From the human T2T-CHM13v2.0 reference genome, Homo sapiens, in contig CP068257.2 in NCBI GenBank assembly GCA_009914755.4, positions 23,808,001-23,872,000 of the forward strand: DNA of 64,000 nt. The letters are read 5' to 3'. The translations under genes were made by a program, and so were the position numbers. Shown here piece after piece: positions 46,560 through 58,455 of this stretch. Below the pieces are notes generated by a model. The model searched no databases, had not been told where the DNA came from, and was given only the letters and a program-made list of their open reading frames with translations. The stretch's first letter is position 1, and each line of letters begins with the position of its first letter.

Positions 46560-48090
46560 AGTGTAATCAGTAGAGAGAAGTGAGTCTTTGACTGTAGGAA
46601 ATTATTGAGTGGTGGTTAACCCCAAAGGTCCAAACCCCTGACCTTCTCCCTCCAAAGGCATCTGGCCTGCTGAACATTGACAATGGCATAGACCCATTAG
46701 GGTTTAACACCCTCCCACTGGATCAGGGTGTTCCAGGCATTTTCTGGCACTGGATATTCCCCCAAAACAGCAGCATCAATACATCCAGATAGAACCAATG
46801 CCAACTTTTCCTAGAACACACATACCAGTCATGGGACGGGGAAGGAATGTAAATTCTTGCCATCATAAAATCACAAAAAGATGACTGGGAAACATTCTAA
46901 AGATTGGTTTCAAGCTGTATCTGATGATGCAAACCCGCACTAATCAATGACTCAGAAAGTCTCAGATACAAGTGATTGCTCATGCACAAAAAAGCATTTC
47001 CAAGGGAGCTGAATCCATTGAGACTGAAGAATAGATCAGGATATCCAATATAGATCTTTCAGCTGCCTTTGATCTCTGGGCAGAAAGGACTGTTTAACAC
47101 ACTTTTTAAGCTTCTTCAATATTTGGGAATTCTTATGGATAACCTATACGTGGGTACCCTCTAGTCACTAGATTCTTCAATTCCCCAGTGTGGCCAGGTG
47201 GGCTCATTAGACAAGAGCCAAATGTTATCAGTCTCACATAGCACAGTTCAACGCCTCCACACTGACCAGGCGGTCTGTCTTGCTCAGCCTCCTAATTCCT
47301 CCTGGCAGAAGTGCAGAAGTTCTCCTTGGCCCCACTCACCACATTTACACACAAACCTTGGTGCCTTCCACACATTTGCTCTTCAATCCAACCGAAAACA
47401 GTCTCACTCTTTCGTGGATGTCTGCAACGTGAAGAGAAGTACAGGATAGGACTCTGGCTGCTGAACCTGTGCAGAAAAGAAAAAATCAAGTTGAATTTCT
47501 GCACACCCACAGCTCAAGGCAGTACTGCCCATGATCTGGACAAGAGGTCCCCCGTTCTGCACCCTGTGCTCACTCTAGCCCCCTTCCTGCCACACGCCAC
47601 ACCAGAAAGCAAGAAGCTTATGGAGCCAAACTTGTCATGTGGAAGCTGTGCCTCCTTTTGTAGACCCTGCACTGGGAATCTGGACCCTGGATTTTCCTGC
47701 CCAGACATCCTTGAACCCACTTCCAAGGCTGGAATGGAACGTTTCACCAGGTGTGCCTCCTAAAAGTGGATGGCACTGGTCATTTGCTCATCCCAGGCCA
47801 GAGGAGTGGCTAAGGAGCTGCTGTATTTAAGGACTATGGACCCAGCTCTGGAGTATGACCTGGAGTGTCCATACACATAGAGGGAGATCTCTCTCAGTAC
47901 CAGAGGAGCCTAGTGGTGGGGAGAAAAGGGGAGCAGGCAGGGTCCAGGCTCAGTTTTCCCAAAGCTGCCACATTTCATCAAAGAACTCTGAGAAGCTTGA
48001 CAGTCAAAAATTTGCACATAGCCTCCCAGGTCAACATAAAGGTATATTTGTCAAGATAAGAGAACAGAACAGATTTTATTTAACAGATTA
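46560..48090 (+). mobile_element. Block that is GC-richer than its surroundings and was not recognised by eye as any common SINE/LINE. It may be an endogenous-retrovirus-derived fragment (internal 3' part plus LTR-like segment). Tentative.
   Basis: Its composition differs from the flanks. It contains the longest ORFs in the window (47311-47763, 150 aa; 47198-47449), but neither has a recognisable protein motif. It ends abruptly where the L1PA fragment starts at about 48316. I could not match it to a repeat consensus from memory. Confidence 0.25.
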
Positions 48091-48315
48091 CTAGTTTGAG
48101 TTATAATTTTAAAATATTTAAATATATGGTTTGTGGGCTTCAACATGTACTCTTGTTCTAAAGACAATATTGGGCCAGAACTGCTGAAATGTATTTTTGC
48201 TTAATGTTGTTTTCTTCAGAAACCAACTTCTGCAGGGGATCTATTTCTAAGAAGTCTCAAGTTCACAATAAAACTCTTTAAGCCTAGGGCCAACAACATT
48301 GCTCTTCAAAATAGC

Positions 48316-49190
48316 ATGATGGACACTTCTCAAAAGAAGACACATATGCAGTCAACAAACATATGAAGAAAAGCTCAATATCACTGATCATTAGAGAAAT
48401 GCAAATCAAAACCACAATGAGATACCATCTCACACCAATCAGAATGGCTATCATTAAAAGTCAAAAACAACAGATGCTGGCGAGGTTGTGGAGAAAAAAT
48501 GAATGCTTTTACACTGTTGGTGGGAGTGTAAATTAGTTCAACCATTGTGGAAGACAGTGTGGCAATTCCTCAAAGACCTAGAGAGAGAAATACCATGTGA
48601 CCCAACAATCCCATTACTGGATATATACCCAAAGGAATATAAATCATTCATATCAAGACTAGTGCACATGTATGTTCACTGCAGCGCTATTCACAATAGC
48701 AAAGACATGGAATCAACCTAAATGTCAATCAGTGATAGACTAGATAAAGAAAACGTGGTACATATACGCCATGGAATACTATGCAGCCATAAAAAGGAAT
48801 GACATCATGTCCTTTGCAGGAACATTGATGGAGCTGGAGGCCATTATCCTTAGCAAATTAATGCAGGAATAGAAAACCAAATACTGCATGTTCTCACTTA
48901 TAAGTGGGAGCTAAATAATGAGAACAAATGGACACGTGGAAGGGAACAACACACACTGGGGCCTGTCAGAAGGTGGGGGGGTGAGAGGAGGGAGGGCATC
49001 AAGGAGAATAGCTAATGGGTGCTGGGCTTAATACCTAGGGGATGGAATGATCTGTGCAGCAAACCACCATGGCACACATTTACCTATGTAACAAACCTGC
49101 ACATCCTGCACATGTACCCCTGAACTTAAATTTTTAAAAAATAAAATAAAAATATAAAAGTAACAGGATTAAAAAAAATAGCATGACGCC
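48316..49190 (+). mobile_element. L1PA-type 3' end: ORF2 C-terminus plus 3'UTR, ending in an A-rich tail
   Basis: The stretch '...ggacacttctcaaaagaagacacatatgcagtcaacaaacatatgaagaaaagctcaatatcactgatcattagagaaatgcaaatcaaaaccacaatgagataccatctcacaccaatcagaatggctatcattaaaagtcaaaaacaacagatgctggcgaggttgtggagaaaaa...ccatggaatactatgcagccataaaaaggaatgacatcatgtcctttgcaggaacattgatggagctggaggccattatccttagcaaattaatgcaggaatagaaaaccaaatactgcatgttctcacttataagtgggagctaaataatgagaac...ggtgggggggtgagaggagggagggcatcaaggagaatagctaatgggtgctgggcttaatacctaggggatggaatgatctgtgcagcaaaccaccatggcacacatttacctatgtaacaaacctgcacatcctgcacatgtacccctgaacttaaa' matches the human L1PA 3' consensus along its whole length. Confidence 0.9.
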
Positions 49191-49779
49191 CAATAAGCAC
49201 CATTTCCATCAATCCTGATACGTGATGTGCCTCAGGCAATCTCCAGTACTCAATCCTGAATCGGCCACATTCTCTGCTAACCCAACCCTTGTGTCACATT
49301 CTAAGACTCCACTGATATCAAATGCAATTGAATAAAATAAATTCCCATTGTGCTGTGCATCACAGAAACATAGATTGACAGGAATAAAATGAATAATCAT
49401 GTCCACTTTCCACTTCTGCCTCCTCCCATTGAGGAGCATTATGCTATTTAAAATCCTAAGGAAGTCCCAGTTTATTATGAAGCTCAAGGTAACAAGTAAG
49501 AAAGAAATACTAAAAAGGCTAGCTGAGTGGATTTACACTAGAAAGAGCAGAGATATGCTAGAGACATGAAATGATGAATTGGAAAGGAAGCAGGGGAATA
49601 TGAGAAAAACAACTTGAGAGACAGAATTTGGGGATGGGGTCTGGGCAGAGTTGGGAGTGAGAGAGGAGGGAGATTTGGGAGCAGCTGCCATGTGTATGAA
49701 CTATTGAGAAAGACATGCCGTAGTGGATTAAAGATGGCCATAAACATTGCTACTACATCTACCAAGAGGGAGAGTGTAA

Positions 49780-50160
49780 GTCCATTCCTGCTGCTATAAC
49801 AAAGTACTTTAGACTGAGTATTTATACACAACAGAAATTTATTTCTCACAGTTCTAGAAACTGGAAAGTCCAAGATCAAGATGCTGGCAGACTGAATGTT
49901 TGGCAAAGGCCCATTCCTTATAGACAGTGTCTTCTTTCATGGGAAGGAAGGGACAAATGCTGTGTCCTTACATGAGGGAAGGTGGAAAAAAGGGAACATG
50001 GCTTTTCCTTCAACCTCTTTTATAAGAGAACTAACCCCACAAAGTGCCACCTTCATAACGATCATTTTCCAGAAGGGCCTACCTCTTAATATTGTCACAT
50101 TGGGTCTCAGATTCCCACACGAATTTTGGAGGGACACATTCAGACCATAGCAGAGAGTAT
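49780..50160 (+). repeat. Second copy of the LTR-like 'ttctcacagttctagaaactggaaagtccaagatcaag...' family, the same family as 1360-1690
   Basis: It contains 'ctgctgctataacaaagtactttagactgagtatttatacacaacagaaatttatttctcacagttctagaaactggaaagtccaagatcaagatgctggcag...cctcttttataagagaactaaccccac...atattgtcacattgggtctcagattcccacacgaattttggagggacacattcagaccatagca'. Confidence 0.55.
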
Positions 50161-50600
50161 CCCTCAACTCCTTTAACTCTGAGATAGCTTGCATATTTGC
50201 TTTGGCCAATAGAACGTGAGGGAAGTGATGTTATGTAACTTCTGAAAGTGGTCCTAAAGAGATCTGAAGGTGCCTTTTTCATGTACTTGGAGGACTCCCT
50301 CTTAGAACTGAGCTCCCATGCTGTGAGAAGCCCAAGCCTCGTTGAGTAGCCATAGTAAGGAAAACTGAGACATTCTGATGGACAATCTCAGTTGTGCTCC
50401 TGGCTGCCAACTGCCAACCATGGGAATGAGCCATCTTGGGTGTTCCAGCCCAAATGAGCCTCCAAAAGACTGAGCCCCAGCCAACTGCACAAGAACTGAA
50501 ATCACCCAATTGATCTCATCAACCCATAGAATTGCACTAGATAATAGCCAGTGATTGATATTTTCAGTCACTGATTTGAGGGTGGTTTGCTACACAGCAA
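50160..50600 (+). repeat. Old MaLR/MLT-like LTR fragment (ending '...gagggtggtttgctacacagcaatagataatgaaaag'). Subfamily not assigned.
   Basis: The stretch '...ctgccaaccatgggaatgagccatcttgggtgttccagcccaaatgagcctccaaaagactgagccccagccaactgcacaagaactgaaatcacccaattgatctcatcaacccatagaattgcactagataatagccagtgattgatattttcagtcactgatttgagggtggtttgctacacagcaatagataatg' has a layout I recognise as a common old-LTR consensus ('...catgtgagtgagccatcttggacgttccagcccagtcaagcc...gttttaagccactaagttttggggtggtttgttacgcagcaatagataactgatac'). Confidence 0.5.
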
Positions 50601-51486
50601 TAGATAATGAAAAGATGGGGAAAGAGGATTTTAAGACATTTCACTGGGCATTATGGATATATTCTCTTTATTGTGTGTTCTCAAGAGATTATAAGAAAAT
50701 TAATTTCCTTTTCAATTATTTCTGCACATCAGCTTAGCGTTGAGATGAAGTGGATAAAGACACATAGGTTTCTTATGGAATATACGTGTAATGCCAACCA
50801 GAAGTTCTGAAATAATTAGCACAGAAATCATGCTTTTCATACACATGCAGTAAAATCTAGATTTTCATGCTAACATTCAAAAGAATTTTTTTAAAAATAC
50901 AGCAAATTTAAAAAGAAAATATACCTTGGAGAAAAATCTCCAATGACTCATAAAATTTGAAATAACTAAAAATTGTCAAAATTCCGTGGCTAGCTCCATA
51001 TTTCTCTCCAAAAACCACTACCCACCAACCCCCTTTAACTGTAAACCATGTAGAAACTAAGGATCTCCAAATGGTGTACTATCCTTAACAGAACACCCAG
51101 GTTCAGCATCTAGACCTACTATAAATATCTGTTAACAAAACCTGGGCTCCTCAGCATGTCAGTCTCTCAAAGAACCACATGTTAACATATTTGAGAGAGG
51201 TTTAAAGCACTCAGACAGCCATCCCATTCTAGTTGAGGTGACCATCGTACACTGTGGGACTCCTTCCTCTCTAACCAATCATTTTGGCTTGGAAACACCC
51301 ACAGCTGCTGTGAGTCCGTTCTCTTTAACAACAATATGCAATGCTGCCAAGTTTGGATTGAGTGGGGTTGTTACTTTCTATATGCAATTCAGATCTCTGG
51401 CATATTTGCATCCTAGACTATCCCACCTACATGGTTTAAAGATATTTAACTTTAGTCATAGCAGAGCCAGATAAGCATTTAGCCAC

Positions 51487-51935
51487 TGTATTAGTTCATT
51501 TTCATGAACACTGTATTAGTTCATTTTCATGCTGCCAATAAAGACATACCCAAGACTGGGTAATTTATAAAGGAAAGAGGTTTAATTGATTCACAGTTCC
51601 TCATGGCTGAAGAGTCCTCAGGAAACTTACATCATGGCAGAAAGGGAAGGAAACATATCCTTCTTTACATGGCAACAGAAAGGAGAAGTGCAGAGTGAAG
51701 CTGGGGAAGCCCTTTATAAAACCATCAGATCTTGTGAGAACTCACTATCATGAGAACAGCATGGAGATTTCAGTTGGAACACAGCCAAACCACATCCTTC
51801 CACCCCTGGCCCATCCCAAATCTCACGTCCTCACATTTCAAAACCAATCATGCCTTCCCAATAGTCCCCAAAGTCTTAACTCATTTCAGCATTAACTCAA
51901 AAGACCACAGTCCAATGTCTCATCTAAAAAAATGA
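51487..51935 (-). mobile_element. MaLR LTR (MST/MLT-type, longer variant), minus orientation, with a 24-bp tandem duplication at its start
   Basis: It runs 'ctgtattagttcattttcatgaacactgtattagttcattttcatgctgccaataaagacatacccaagactgggtaatttataaaggaaagaggtttaattgattcacagttcctcatggctg...gaacacagccaaaccacatcc...'. The duplicated unit is 'ctgtattagttcattttcatg'. Confidence 0.7.
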
Positions 51936-52272
51936 AAAGACATACCAGAGACTGGGTAAGACTAAGTAACTTATAAAGGAAAGAGGTTTAATTGACTCAC
52001 AGTTCCACATCACTGAGGAGGCCTCACAATCATGGTGGAAGGTAATGAGTGAGCAAAGCCACACCTTACATGGCAGCAGGCAATGGAGCTTGTGCAGGGG
52101 AACTCCCATTTATAAAACCATCAGATCTAGTGAGAATTACTCACTACCATGAGAACAGTATATGGGAAACATCCCCATGATTCAATTGTCTCCACCTGGC
52201 CCCCACCCTTGACACATGGGAATTATTACAATTTAAGGTGAGATTTGGGTGGGGACATAGCCAAACAATATC
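51936..52272 (-). mobile_element. Second MaLR (THE1-like) LTR immediately adjacent, missing its first ~30 bp, same orientation
   Basis: It runs 'aaaagacataccagagactgggtaagactaagtaacttataaaggaaagaggtttaattgactcacagttccacatcactgaggaggcctcacaatcatggtggaaggtaatgagtgagcaaagccacaccttacatggcagcaggcaatggagc...ggtgagatttgggtggggacatagccaaacaatatca'. Confidence 0.8.
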
Positions 52273-53210
52273 ACACATCTTCTTTCAAGCAGAAATTGTG
52301 GGTTTGAGGCTGAATCAATGTATTTGTCCACCCATCAGATGAACTACTTGGTGGTATTATAGAAAACCTAGTCTCTCTTCTCCATGAGCAGAATGGCTGC
52401 ATCTCCAACTCCAGAGGTTCTAGATCCTGACCCAAACTTCATGGTCCACAGGAATCAACTGGAGTTTAGAAGATCCAGACACTGCCTCATATACTGATTT
52501 CTGCAAAAATGAACCAATCATTTCCTCAGTCACCTCCAGGAAAGCACCATCAATAACTGGATCGTATGTAATCCAACCACAAACTGAACTATCTCTTTGA
52601 ATGGTAGAAACACCTCAATGCATAATGTAGGCTTTAACTAGAACCTTAGACACGGTATCAGAATAAGGCTACTAACTTGGTTCCTCCTCAAATCAATTTT
52701 ATTTAAATATTTGTTCAACATTCCCTTAGCAGGAATATGATGATATTAAATTTCCATTCTCAAAAATTATATAAAACATATATATATAGTGTGTTTTATT
52801 TAAATGAGAAAATTTATTTAAAACATATATGAAACCATTTGCTATGTAAATAAAGTAAACCACATGTTCCTGGTAAACTGCACTACAGTGTGCCTTAATT
52901 GGGCGACATGTATAAAGCCATCATTCATATTAGAGTTTCAGTCAAGGAATTAAGTCCAACAACTTCAATAACTCAAGTTTGTCACCTGCTGTATCAGTTA
53001 GGATTGCATTTGATTGAGTGGCTTAATTATACTATACTGGCTTTTTTAAAATTACAAAGAGACTATGTACAGAGTGGTTTAAATTATTAAAGTATTGTGG
53101 TTAATCCCAGTCTCCCCACTGATTTGTACTAAATCTCTGCCCTGCTCTGTTTCCCAAGAGGCTGACCTTCATGGGCAGCCATACTCAAGATCTTCTGCCC
53201 TCTGGCTTAG

Positions 53211-53587
53211 GTGATGAAATGGTTAGGCTTTGTGTCCCTACCCAAATCTCATCATGAATTGTAATCCCCAGGTATTCAGGGAGAGACCTGGTGGGAAATG
53301 ATGGGATTATGGGGGTGGTTTCCCCCATGCTGTTCTCATGATAGTCAGTAAATTCTCATGAGATATGGATGGCTATAGTGTTTGGCAAGTTCCTCCTTCG
53401 CTCACTGTTCTCTCTCCTGCCACCCTGTGAAGAAGGTCCTTGCTTTCCCTTTGCCTTCAGCCATAATTGTAAGTTTCCTGAGGCCTCCCCAGCCATGTGG
53501 AACTGTGAGTCAATTAAACCTCCTTCCTTTATAAATTACCCAGTCTCATGTAGTATCTTATAGCAGTGTAAGAATGGGCTAATAGAG
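53211..53587 (+). mobile_element. Solo MST/THE1-class MaLR LTR
   Basis: It begins 'tgatgaaatggttaggctttgtgtccctacccaaatctcatcatgaattgtaatccccaggtattcagggagagacctggtgggaaatgatgggattatgggggtggtttcccccatgctgttctcatgatagtcag' and ends '...ttaaacctccttcctttataaattacccagtctcatgtagtatcttatagcagtgtaagaatgggctaatagag'. Confidence 0.85.
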
Positions 53588-54584
53588 GTGGGAAGAGAAA
53601 GGATCACATATTGATCTCCCATAGTGTCTTCCCCACCACTCCCATGCCTCCTGCCCTTATTGGCACAGCTGTAATTCTGGCAATTACTTTCTTCTATAGC
53701 CACAAGTTTTATGAGGCAGCTCCTCTTCTCTGACTCAAGTTCTTGCTGGCTCCAGTGAACACTGTTTCCTTCCTTAATCCTTCTCACTTCCCAGCATTTC
53801 TAGTCCTTGGGTGTTGTATCATCTCTTATTAATTCCTATAATGGTTAATTTTATGCATATATTTGGTTGCGCCATGGGATGCCCAGGTATTTGGTCAAAC
53901 TTTATTACAGGTTTTCTGTGAAGGTGTTTCTGGATGAGATTAATGTTTAAATCAGTAAACTGTGTAAAGTGGATGATCCTCCATAATGTGGGTGGCTCTC
54001 ATCCAATCATTTGAAGTCCTGCACAGAACAAAAGACTGACCCTTCCCAAGGAACAGAGAATTCTCCTTCCTGACAGCCTTCAAACTGAAACATCAGCCTT
54101 TTGTGGCTCTACGGTAGCCATCCAGCCTTTGGACTGGAACTAGGACATTGGCTCTGCAAACTTTGGACTTGCCAGCTTCCACAATCGTGTGAGCAATTCC
54201 TTATAATAAACCTCTTTTTAAAAATCTTCTATTGGTTCCATTTCTCTGGAGAACCCTGAAATATAGTTCCCTTATTCTTGTTACTATCTCTATAAATAGT
54301 CTCTTCATTGAATTATTTTTTGAAGTGTTTTGGTCCTTCACCTGTGTCTGCCAGAACACTACATGACACATAAGGTTTTTCTTTCGTCTTCACAATGTTC
54401 AAAGGTAGGCAATCAGGTTCAATGCAGAAGTCCACAGTGTTGCTCCTTCTGTCTCCCTATTTTGCCATCCTTGGCAAGTGACTTTCATTAACATACTTCC
54501 AGGATACTCCATGTTCTAGAGGAATAAAATGTGAAGGGACTGAGAGCTTTCTCTTACAAGGTGTTACTCAGAAATGTAATTTTA

Positions 54585-54860
54585 TGCCAGCACCTTGGGT
54601 GGCTGAGGTGGGAGGATCACTTGAGCTCAGAAGTGCAAGACCAGCCTGGGCAACACAGTGAGACCCTTCTCTACTAAAAAAAAAAAAAATCAGCTGGGTG
54701 CGGTGGCATGCACCTGCAGTCCCAGGTACTCAGGAGGCTAAGGCAGGAAGGTCATTTGAGCCCAGGAGATTGAGGCTGCAGTGACTTATAATAGCACTAC
54801 TGCACTTCAGCCTGGACAACAGAGTGAGACCCTGTCTCTAAAAACAGCAACAACAACAAA
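54585..54860 (+). mobile_element. Alu SINE, 5'-truncated by about 25 bp, with a 13-bp target-site duplication
   Basis: The element runs 'gccagcaccttgggtggctgaggtgggaggatcacttgagctcagaagtgcaagaccagcctgggcaacacagtgagacccttctctactaaaaaaaaaaaaaatcagctgggtgcggtggcatgcacctgcagtcccaggtactcaggaggctaaggcaggaaggtcatttgagcccaggagattgaggctgcagtgacttataatagcactactgcacttcagcctggacaacagagtgagaccctgtctctaaaaacagcaacaacaacaaa'. The flank 'aaatgtaatttta' is repeated on both sides (54573-54585 and 54861-54873). Confidence 0.9.
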
Positions 54861-57414
54861 ATGTAATTTTAACCACTGCCGCCTTACCCCCAATATACTT
54901 TAGCCCATACTTTACTGTCCAAAATCTTGCCCATGGGCACTCCTACCTGCAAGGGAGCTGGAGATATTGAGCGTTTTGTTTTCTAGTCTTAAGATAGAGA
55001 AAGGCAAGGAATGAAGGAGCTAGTCAGGGGGTCAGAAGGCTCACCCTCAACACCTGCCACATTTGCTCTTCTTGAACCTCATATCCATTTTCCTCCTATG
55101 CCACCACTGCTCTCATATGTCTTTTAACACATTTTCTTAAAAGGGAGAAAAAAGCCTTTTCCCCTGACCCAATTGCAAAATTATTTTCCTTTCTGCCATC
55201 ATCCTTGACTTCTGATTCTGCATCACAAAAGCCAAAACACAAATTCTTCTGTCACAGCAGCCCCCTTCAAAGGATGCAGAGAGAACATGATGGACCAGAG
55301 AAACCAGAATCTTCTTAGCAGGTAGAAGGAAATGAAAGTCTAGGAACACACAGACATTAATACTTTGCATGCCATTTTATCTGGTTTCAGAATTTTGGCT
55401 GCTGACAACCGCCAGCTCCAGACAACTATCAAGTGTCTGGTCTTAGAGCTGGTGACACCACCTGTAGTTACATTATGTAATTTGCACTTACACATCACCA
55501 AAATTCTAAACAGAAATTAAAAAATACATAATATATGTACATTTATATAATTTTTTATCTCAAAATTTCTAACATCATATGGTCACACACGGCTGCCTCA
55601 CCCCCCTGAGCATCATATTCATGTTCCAGATAGGCTTTGTTAAATAGAGGAAGCTCTCCCCCAGTTCCCGGGAAGAGACACAAATTTATACATTACCAAT
55701 TATTACATACTACTAACTGCTTAGGGTGTGGTCTGAAGACATCTGAGTTAACTGGCACCAAAATTCCAACAGCAATTCAATGACCCTATAATCAGCTCTC
55801 TAGGCAGTTGCTTCCTAGCACTTAAGGAGTAAAAGACTATCGAAGAACGACAACAACAACAAAATCAGTATTCAGAGAGAAATGTAAGACAACCAGGGGA
55901 GAAAGATAGACCTTCACTGTTGAATCATCTCTAACTTGTGATACACTTCCCAGACATCTTAGCCTTCCTTCAGTATTTCCCTCCTAGGAGCAGCCTCAAT
56001 ACTTAGATACTAAGATGGACAGTTCAGTGACACTGACCTGAAATATTCTGAGGTCAGCACTGAAAAAAGACTTCCTCTATTTTCAAAGATCATTGCATTG
56101 CTTTCAATATAATGACCTAAAAGATATTTGGAAATTAGTTTAGAGGATCAGAAGCCCTTTAGAAAAGGTGATGCTCTATTTTGTAAGTAAATATATTTTG
56201 ATCTTCCCATTATAAATCTTTATATCACGTTGTCTTAGTGTTTCTTAGAATGGTTGTTCTATCGAATACCAGAACATATCAAATAAGCATTCAACCTAAA
56301 TAAATACTTTTGGATCATTTCTGTCAGTATTTTACATTTTCAGTCATACTTCATAAGCCTAATCACAACCTTTGAGTTCAAATAATAATATTATGAATCA
56401 ATTTAACATAATGCTTAATACTTATTAAATTTAATAAACAATTGTTAACATTGTAAGCCAGATAACTTCACTTTATAAACAGGAAAGAAGCCATGCTATT
56501 GGAATCCATACATATTCCTTCAAATCTGTACCTCAATTTATTGTTTTTATGCCTACACACTTCAATCGTTACTAAAAACCAGCTGCTTTCCGTGTATATA
56601 CCATGCCGCTCCTCCTTAAATCAATTGCAGCTTCTCTTGATTAACCAATGGTAGAATGATTCACTATGTCAATAAATATTCTGAATCATAGAACAATGTA
56701 GAGGACGTGGCAGACAGCTGCTGAACATATTTAAACCTCATATTTCAGTTTAAAAAGGCACGTATCCTAAAGTGCATGTCAGTCTCTGGATAGCAAAATT
56801 ACAGCGATGTAGTTTTCCTCACTTGAAATTTACATTTTAATGAAAGCACTTTCATGTATTAATAGGTAAATCTTTTCAGGCCACTGCCAAGACTCATTGC
56901 TTTGCAATCTCATACTGTTTTAGAGATCCTAGTCCACTACATTAAAAATGTGCTTATAAATGTTAAGCCTCCATAGTATATTTTAAAGGATAGGGAAGTA
57001 TTTTCTCTTTAATAGAACTAGTTTCAACATTGATACATCATTTTTAATTTACAGGAGAAAAGGTATTATCAGAGAGCTTTCTCTCAGTTTATATAGAGGT
57101 AAGACCATTCTTAGCCTCAAATTCAAGACTACTACCTTTCTGAACTCCAGTAGGAACTATAGTCCTACTGTAGGACTATTGACTATAGTCTTAGTTCCAC
57201 CACAAGATTGATGAGAACATTGCAAACAGAGCACTAATAAGTTCCTATTTCTTTGAAAAGGTAGCTGTAAACCTTCAGCACACATGCTAGATGCCAAATA
57301 CTCCCTACTGGCCAAGTCATCAATTGCAACATTGAGTGCCCCCAGTGCAAAAAACAACATGGTATCATCCAAGATCAGTAAAAGCATACATAGTTAATGT
57401 AGCTAGCACTTATA

Positions 57415-57600
57415 TAGCACTTTCTTTGTGCCAGGTATTATTATAAATGCTTTACATAAACTGATTCACCTAATCCCCACAAATAACCCTGTATGGTAAG
57501 AACTACTATTGTCCCTATTTTATAGATGAGGAAACCAGGTAAAGAGAAGTTAAGTAACTCTGCTCAGGGTCATCAGCTAGAAATTAGCAGTATGTCCTCA
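57415..57600 (-). repeat. MIR SINE (minus orientation)
   Basis: The sequence 'tgtgccaggtattattataaatgctttacataaactgattcacctaatccccacaaataaccctgtatggtaagaactactattgtccctattttatagatgaggaaaccaggtaaagagaagttaagtaactctgctcagggtcatcagctagaaattagcag' is the reverse complement of the MIR consensus ('...cctattttacagatgaggaaactgaggcacagagaggttaagtaacttgcccaaggtcacacagctagtaagtggcag'). Confidence 0.85.
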
Positions 57601-58329
57601 GAATCTGTGATATTACATAATATGCTGACCTAAAGGAATATGTTCAACTATCAAGAAACTTAAAAATTCCACTGAACAAAACCTTTCAGATGAAAGAGAT
57701 GTGGGAAAATTAGCAAGGTAATAGATTAGATTAAGGAAAAGTAAAGAACTGCTAAGCCACACACTGTATTAATAAGCAAAGCATTGTGATCAGAGAATAC
57801 CCCACTTCTGTTTGCATTAGAGATAAAGGATGCAAATAATGCCTTTGATTAATATTCTCTTTAATTAATAGGAATCCTGGGCTGTGATAAAATGTTTCAA
57901 ACATTGTATCTGAGAGTTCTGAAGTTGCATGAAAGACTGGGATTGATTGATAAATAACAGGCTCAATTCTCCCTGTGTGATGTGCTGGCCAGCACAGCTA
58001 TTCAGCTATTCCAGGAGGCAGCTCTCTGAGTTTGACCCAACTGATTTGAGCATTATCTCGCTGTGCAGATAATGTCACAGGAATAGGAAGCTTCTGAAAG
58101 AGCAGCATGGCCTTGCTGACTCTGCAGTAGCCACAGAGATAAATGCCTACAGATAAAATGACCACCTCATCTAGGTTTGCCGGAGACTTTCTCAGGCTTA
58201 GCACTGAAGTCCCACATTCCAGGAACCTCTCTTTCCTGGGAAAACTGGAACAGTTTGTCATCCTAGAGCCAGTGTTTTCTTGGCTGTGGGCGAAGTAGCT
58301 GGGGGTTGAGGCAAAGAACAGAGGCCTCA

Positions 58330-58455
58330 GAAAGACAGATTTATATCCCAATTCTGCCTCTGCCACTCACAATACAATCTGGGACAAGTCACTTACCCTC
58401 TCTGAGATCTCATTTTCGCTATCTGGAATATAAGTATAATTGCCCCCATTACTTT
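58330..58455 (+). repeat. MIR SINE fragment (plus orientation)
   Basis: The sequence 'ttctgcctctgccactcacaatacaatctgggacaagtcacttaccctctctgagatctcattttcgctatctggaatataagtataattgcccccattactttgtc' matches the MIR consensus ('ctgcctctgccacttactagctgtgtgaccttgggcaagtcacttaacctctctgagcctcagtttcctcatctgtaaaatggggataataatagtacctacc'). Confidence 0.75.

Noticed and set aside
47311-47763. Longest ORF in the track (150 aa, + strand) and the overlapping 47198-47449 and 47514-47747 ORFs, as a possible protein-coding gene
   Set aside because: Overlapping ORFs in different frames and strands, no recognisable domain or motif, and a position inside a compositionally distinct block that looks retroelement-derived. 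Unspliced 150-aa ORFs arise by chance in 64 kb of mammalian DNA, which lacks prokaryote-style gene structure.
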